A DNA stretch of 64,000 nt from Callorhinchus milii. Its lineage: Eukaryota. Both the position numbers and the translations under genes were made by a program. Below, one piece after another: positions 60,771 through 64,000 of the stretch; positions within the stretch are counted from its first letter, which is position 1; each line of letters begins with the position of its first letter. The stretch spans positions 115,818,001 through 115,882,000 of the forward strand of contig NW_024704742.1 in NCBI RefSeq assembly GCF_018977255.1, in the 5' to 3' direction. A model generated the notes under the pieces. That model saw only the letters and a program-made list of their open reading frames with translations. It made no database searches and was not told the DNA's origin.

Positions 60771-61745
60771 TCCTGTAGCTCAGTGGTTAGAGCACTCACC
60801 TGACAAGCGAGAGACCTGGGTTTGATTGCCGGCAGGGCGAAATGTTGGGCAAGTTTCCTTACCCCACCCGCCTCTGTTTACTTAGCAGTAAGTAGGGATC
60901 CAATTGTTAGTCCCTGATCCACGCTTTCATCATGTCCCTACACCACTGCCTGCTCGCTGGATTTCCTAACTCATCCCCCCACAAACTGCAGATTATTTAA
61001 AACTCTGCAGCTTGTGTCCTCTCCTGCATCAGTCTCTGCGAACCGATCACCCCCATTCTTGCCTGGCTTCACTGGCTCCCCATCCCTCAGAGAATCGAGT
61101 ACAAAATCCTCGTTCTCGCCTTCAAAGCCCTCCACGGTCTTGCGCGTCCCTACCCCTCCAACCTCCTAACCTCATATCAGCCTGACCGCTCCCTCCGCTT
61201 GGCGGAAACAGGCCTGCTTCAGGTTCCCCGCACTTCCAGCCCACCATTGGTGGTCAGGCATTCAGCACCTCTGCCCTCTGGAACTCTATATCTCGCAATC
61301 CCTCCACCTCACCCCCTCTCTTGCCTCCTTCAAGTTCCGTCTAAAGACCTTCCTCTTTGACCGTGCCTTCGGCCACCCTCCCAACCCCAACTCCCTACCC
61401 TCCACCCCTCCTGACCCCAACTCCCAGTTCGGGTCCAAAAATCCCGGACTGTGCATTGCCCTGAGACATCTTTCCGACGTGAAGGGCGCTATACAAGTGT
61501 AATTTGTTGTTAGTCAATTGGCGGATCACTTTTCCAGGGGTAATTATTCTTTCAAAAAATAATAATAATAAATTGGTCACTCAATCCACGACTGTTTGTG
61601 GGACACTGCTGTGCACAATTGGCTGTCGCGTTTTGCCCACAAAATATACAGTCAGTTCACTTTACAGTATATTCTGTGAAGCTCTTTGAGACGTCTTGGA
61701 AGATGTGATAAGGCGCTATATCAAATGCAAGGAACATTATTATTA
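60771..61745 (+). mobile_element. long-subfamily SINE split in two (60771-60912 and 61507-61745) by an L2 insertion
   Basis: The SINE sequence resumes exactly after the L2; duplicated TTGTTAGTC. Confidence 0.9.
60913..61506 (+). mobile_element. L2 3' fragment nested in a SINE
   Basis: ITPILAWLHWLPI..RIEYKILVLAFKALHGLA remnant plus canonical tail. Confidence 0.9.
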
Positions 61746-62154
61746 AATGCAAGGATTTATTATGTTATGAATGAGGGCAGTGCCTTGACCATTCTAATGT
61801 GAGGTCGCTATTGTTACAATAGATGTCACATTATGTGAATTTTACACAAAAATATTGTCTATCTTTCACCAACAATTTCAAACCCTGAAACCTGACTAAC
61901 ATATTGGTAAGTGTAAAATTAACAGTTGGTTATTATTGGGCAATCTAATATGATCTACTTTAAGCGACCACTCCCTGCACTGTTAAATGATGGGAAAATG
62001 TGTTAACTGATAGATATTTAATATCTTCTTGTAGTTTTGATTTGAGACAATTTTCAAAAGGTGCAAGCTGCATAAATGTGTTTTCAATATATGCACATAT
62101 GTAGGAATGCGTATATAGGAATTTGTGTGTACACCATTACTAGGATCATTTACA

Positions 62155-62470
62155 GAACCATAGAAATGCACTATCTAATACGAGACCATTCACCCTTTTT
62201 GTGTATTAGTTCCAGAAACCATCCTCTCTCATCTCATTTCCTTGCTATTTCCTCATACCCTCTAATAGCCTTCCTCTGTCTATGTTTATCGAATTCTCTT
62301 TTAAATGCCTCAATCGACTCTACTCTAACAGCCACTTCTGGCAAATCTTTCCATTCTCTGATAACCCTCTGGGAGAAGGAGTTCTTCCAAACCTCTCCTT
62401 TATTCCCCTCATCACATTCTTGAATTCATGCCCTTTCTTGCTTAAATCCCCTGCCAGCAGAAGCAATGAG
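62155..62470 (-). mobile_element. CR1 3' end, degraded
   Basis: Complement of the FSQRVIREWK.L..SI.AFK remnant and CR1 3' UTR. Confidence 0.65.
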
Positions 62471-62899
62471 CTGTGCTAACTGTCAAAACCAGCTCAAGCA
62501 GTAGTTTAGGGCAGGTGTATGTTAAGCTTTGTACCCATTAGACCTGGGGAGCCAACTGTAAAGCAGTGGGACCTAAACAGGGAGAGGGTGGGAAAAAAAA
62601 CTTTTTGTAGATGTTTTGGTAAAGCGTTTAAGGTCGGTGTCTGCACCTGTCATCCCATATATTAGAATTTTTGCAGCAAATTAAAACCGAGTATATACAA
62701 CATTGTAAAATTTCCTTTCTGACTGTTCCATTTCTCTTTTATAATGGCTGTGATGATGTAATACCCTGTATGGGATGAGTGATACACAAATATTTTTGGT
62801 GTGCCCCTGAGTTTGGCTTTTCTAACCAAGTGCTTGTGTACAAGGAAAGACATTTACTGGACTCTGCTCTCACACTATCGCAAGAGTGGTTTGGGTGAA

Positions 62900-63170
62900 G
62901 AAAGCCAATTGGCCTATCTAATCTCATTCCTCCAGAACACCCACCCTATTGACCTCCCGACACAGCTTCGGACTGCTTTTTAAATGAGTCCAGTGTCCTG
63001 GCCTCTAACCAACCTTCCTGGCAATCCAGTTGTTGATCACCCTCTGAGTAAAGAAAAACTTCCTGGTCCTGAAATTGCCCTGTGCAGCTGTAAACTAGGT
63101 CTTCTTGTGCCACTGTCACGTTGCATCCTAAAATATTTTTCTGGGTTTACCTTTTCTTGTAATTTATATC
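62900..63170 (-). mobile_element. CR1 3' fragment, degraded
   Basis: Complement of TRR..LQL..FFFTQRVINNWI.LP.RLV.A. Confidence 0.55.
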
Positions 63171-63414
63171 TGACACTGCTATAAACTTGGAACTGTAAAT
63201 CGAAGGATCCAACCCATATTTGTGGAATGCTTCTGTTTAAGATTTATCATCATGGTCTCTATATGATATGGAAAACAATATGTATACTATCTCGATGATT
63301 GGCTTAAGAAGTTTAGTGAAGCCTATTATACAAACTTGTGATGTACCAGAAAAGACTAAATTGTTTTTATTTACACTTAATTGGGCTAACTGCTGCCTCA
63401 GGTTTTCATTTAAC

Positions 63415-63805
63415 GACAACAACTTGAATGTATATAGCGCCTTTCACACGGGCTGAGTCATGTAGAACTTAACAGTGGTGGAGTTTAACTTAAGCTGCAG
63501 AAAAAGGGGAGGTGATCATAGGCACGATCGAAGAGGAAAGTCTTCAGGTGCAATGTGAAGACTGGCAAAAGGGAGGCAAAGTAGAGGGATTGAGGCGGAG
63601 AGTTCCAGAGATTCAGGACATAGTGGCTGAAAGCACAGCAACCGATGGTGGAGCGGTGTGGTGGGGGGGAACGAGAGGCATGCGTAAGGCCAGAGCCGGC
63701 TGACTGAACCAGGTGGGTAGAGGAGTGAGATGTGAGCAGGTTTGAGAGGTAGGGAGGTGCTAGGGCATGCTTTGATTTGTTGGTGACTGTGAGGATCTTG
63801 ATATC
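63415..63805 (-). mobile_element. L2 3' fragment
   Basis: (AAC)n, tatatagcgcctttcac, ggagttccagag..gtgaggatcttga. Confidence 0.8.
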
Positions 63806-64000
63806 GATTTAACTGCCATTTTGGTTATAAATGTGCCTGAACATTTTGAGTCACTGGATACAATTACTTATACAATTACTGAGTTTATCATACAAACGGT
63901 CCTCCAATTATCATTGGTTCTTTGAGATTCAGTTACCAGTAATCGGGTGATACCATGTAACAAATAGAAATTTTTATCCTGGTTTATTAAATCTTTATTG

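Overview
AT-rich vertebrate genomic DNA, most likely from a cartilaginous fish. The tRNA-derived SINE plus L2/CR1 LINE repertoire resembles a chimaera such as Callorhinchus; this is an inference. The + strand carries the 3' two-thirds of FCHO2 as 18 coding exons (1896-45708, 1646 nt, all splice phases consistent, ending GRYMADC*) and a long 3' UTR. The first coding exon of its conserved neighbour TMEM171 follows at 58568-59183. The introns are filled with decayed L2 and CR1 LINE fragments, several SINE families and small DNA-transposon derivatives. Main highlights: (1) frame-preserving phase-1 cassette exons absent from canonical 810-aa human FCHO2, including a 504-nt exon with a WxxF-acidic AP-2-type motif and a 60-nt exon resembling the SGIP1-alpha insert, suggesting an SGIP1-like long isoform; (2) a U12 AT-AC intron; (3) a SINE insertion with a ~200-bp fold-back inverted duplication; (4) a 32-bp-stem hairpin that looks template-switch derived; (5) a TA-flanked MITE with exon-like splice signals on both strands upstream of TMEM171. 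No prokaryotic-type system (CRISPR, operon) is present. Homology statements come from my recollection of the protein and repeat families, not from database searches. Repeat boundaries are approximate.
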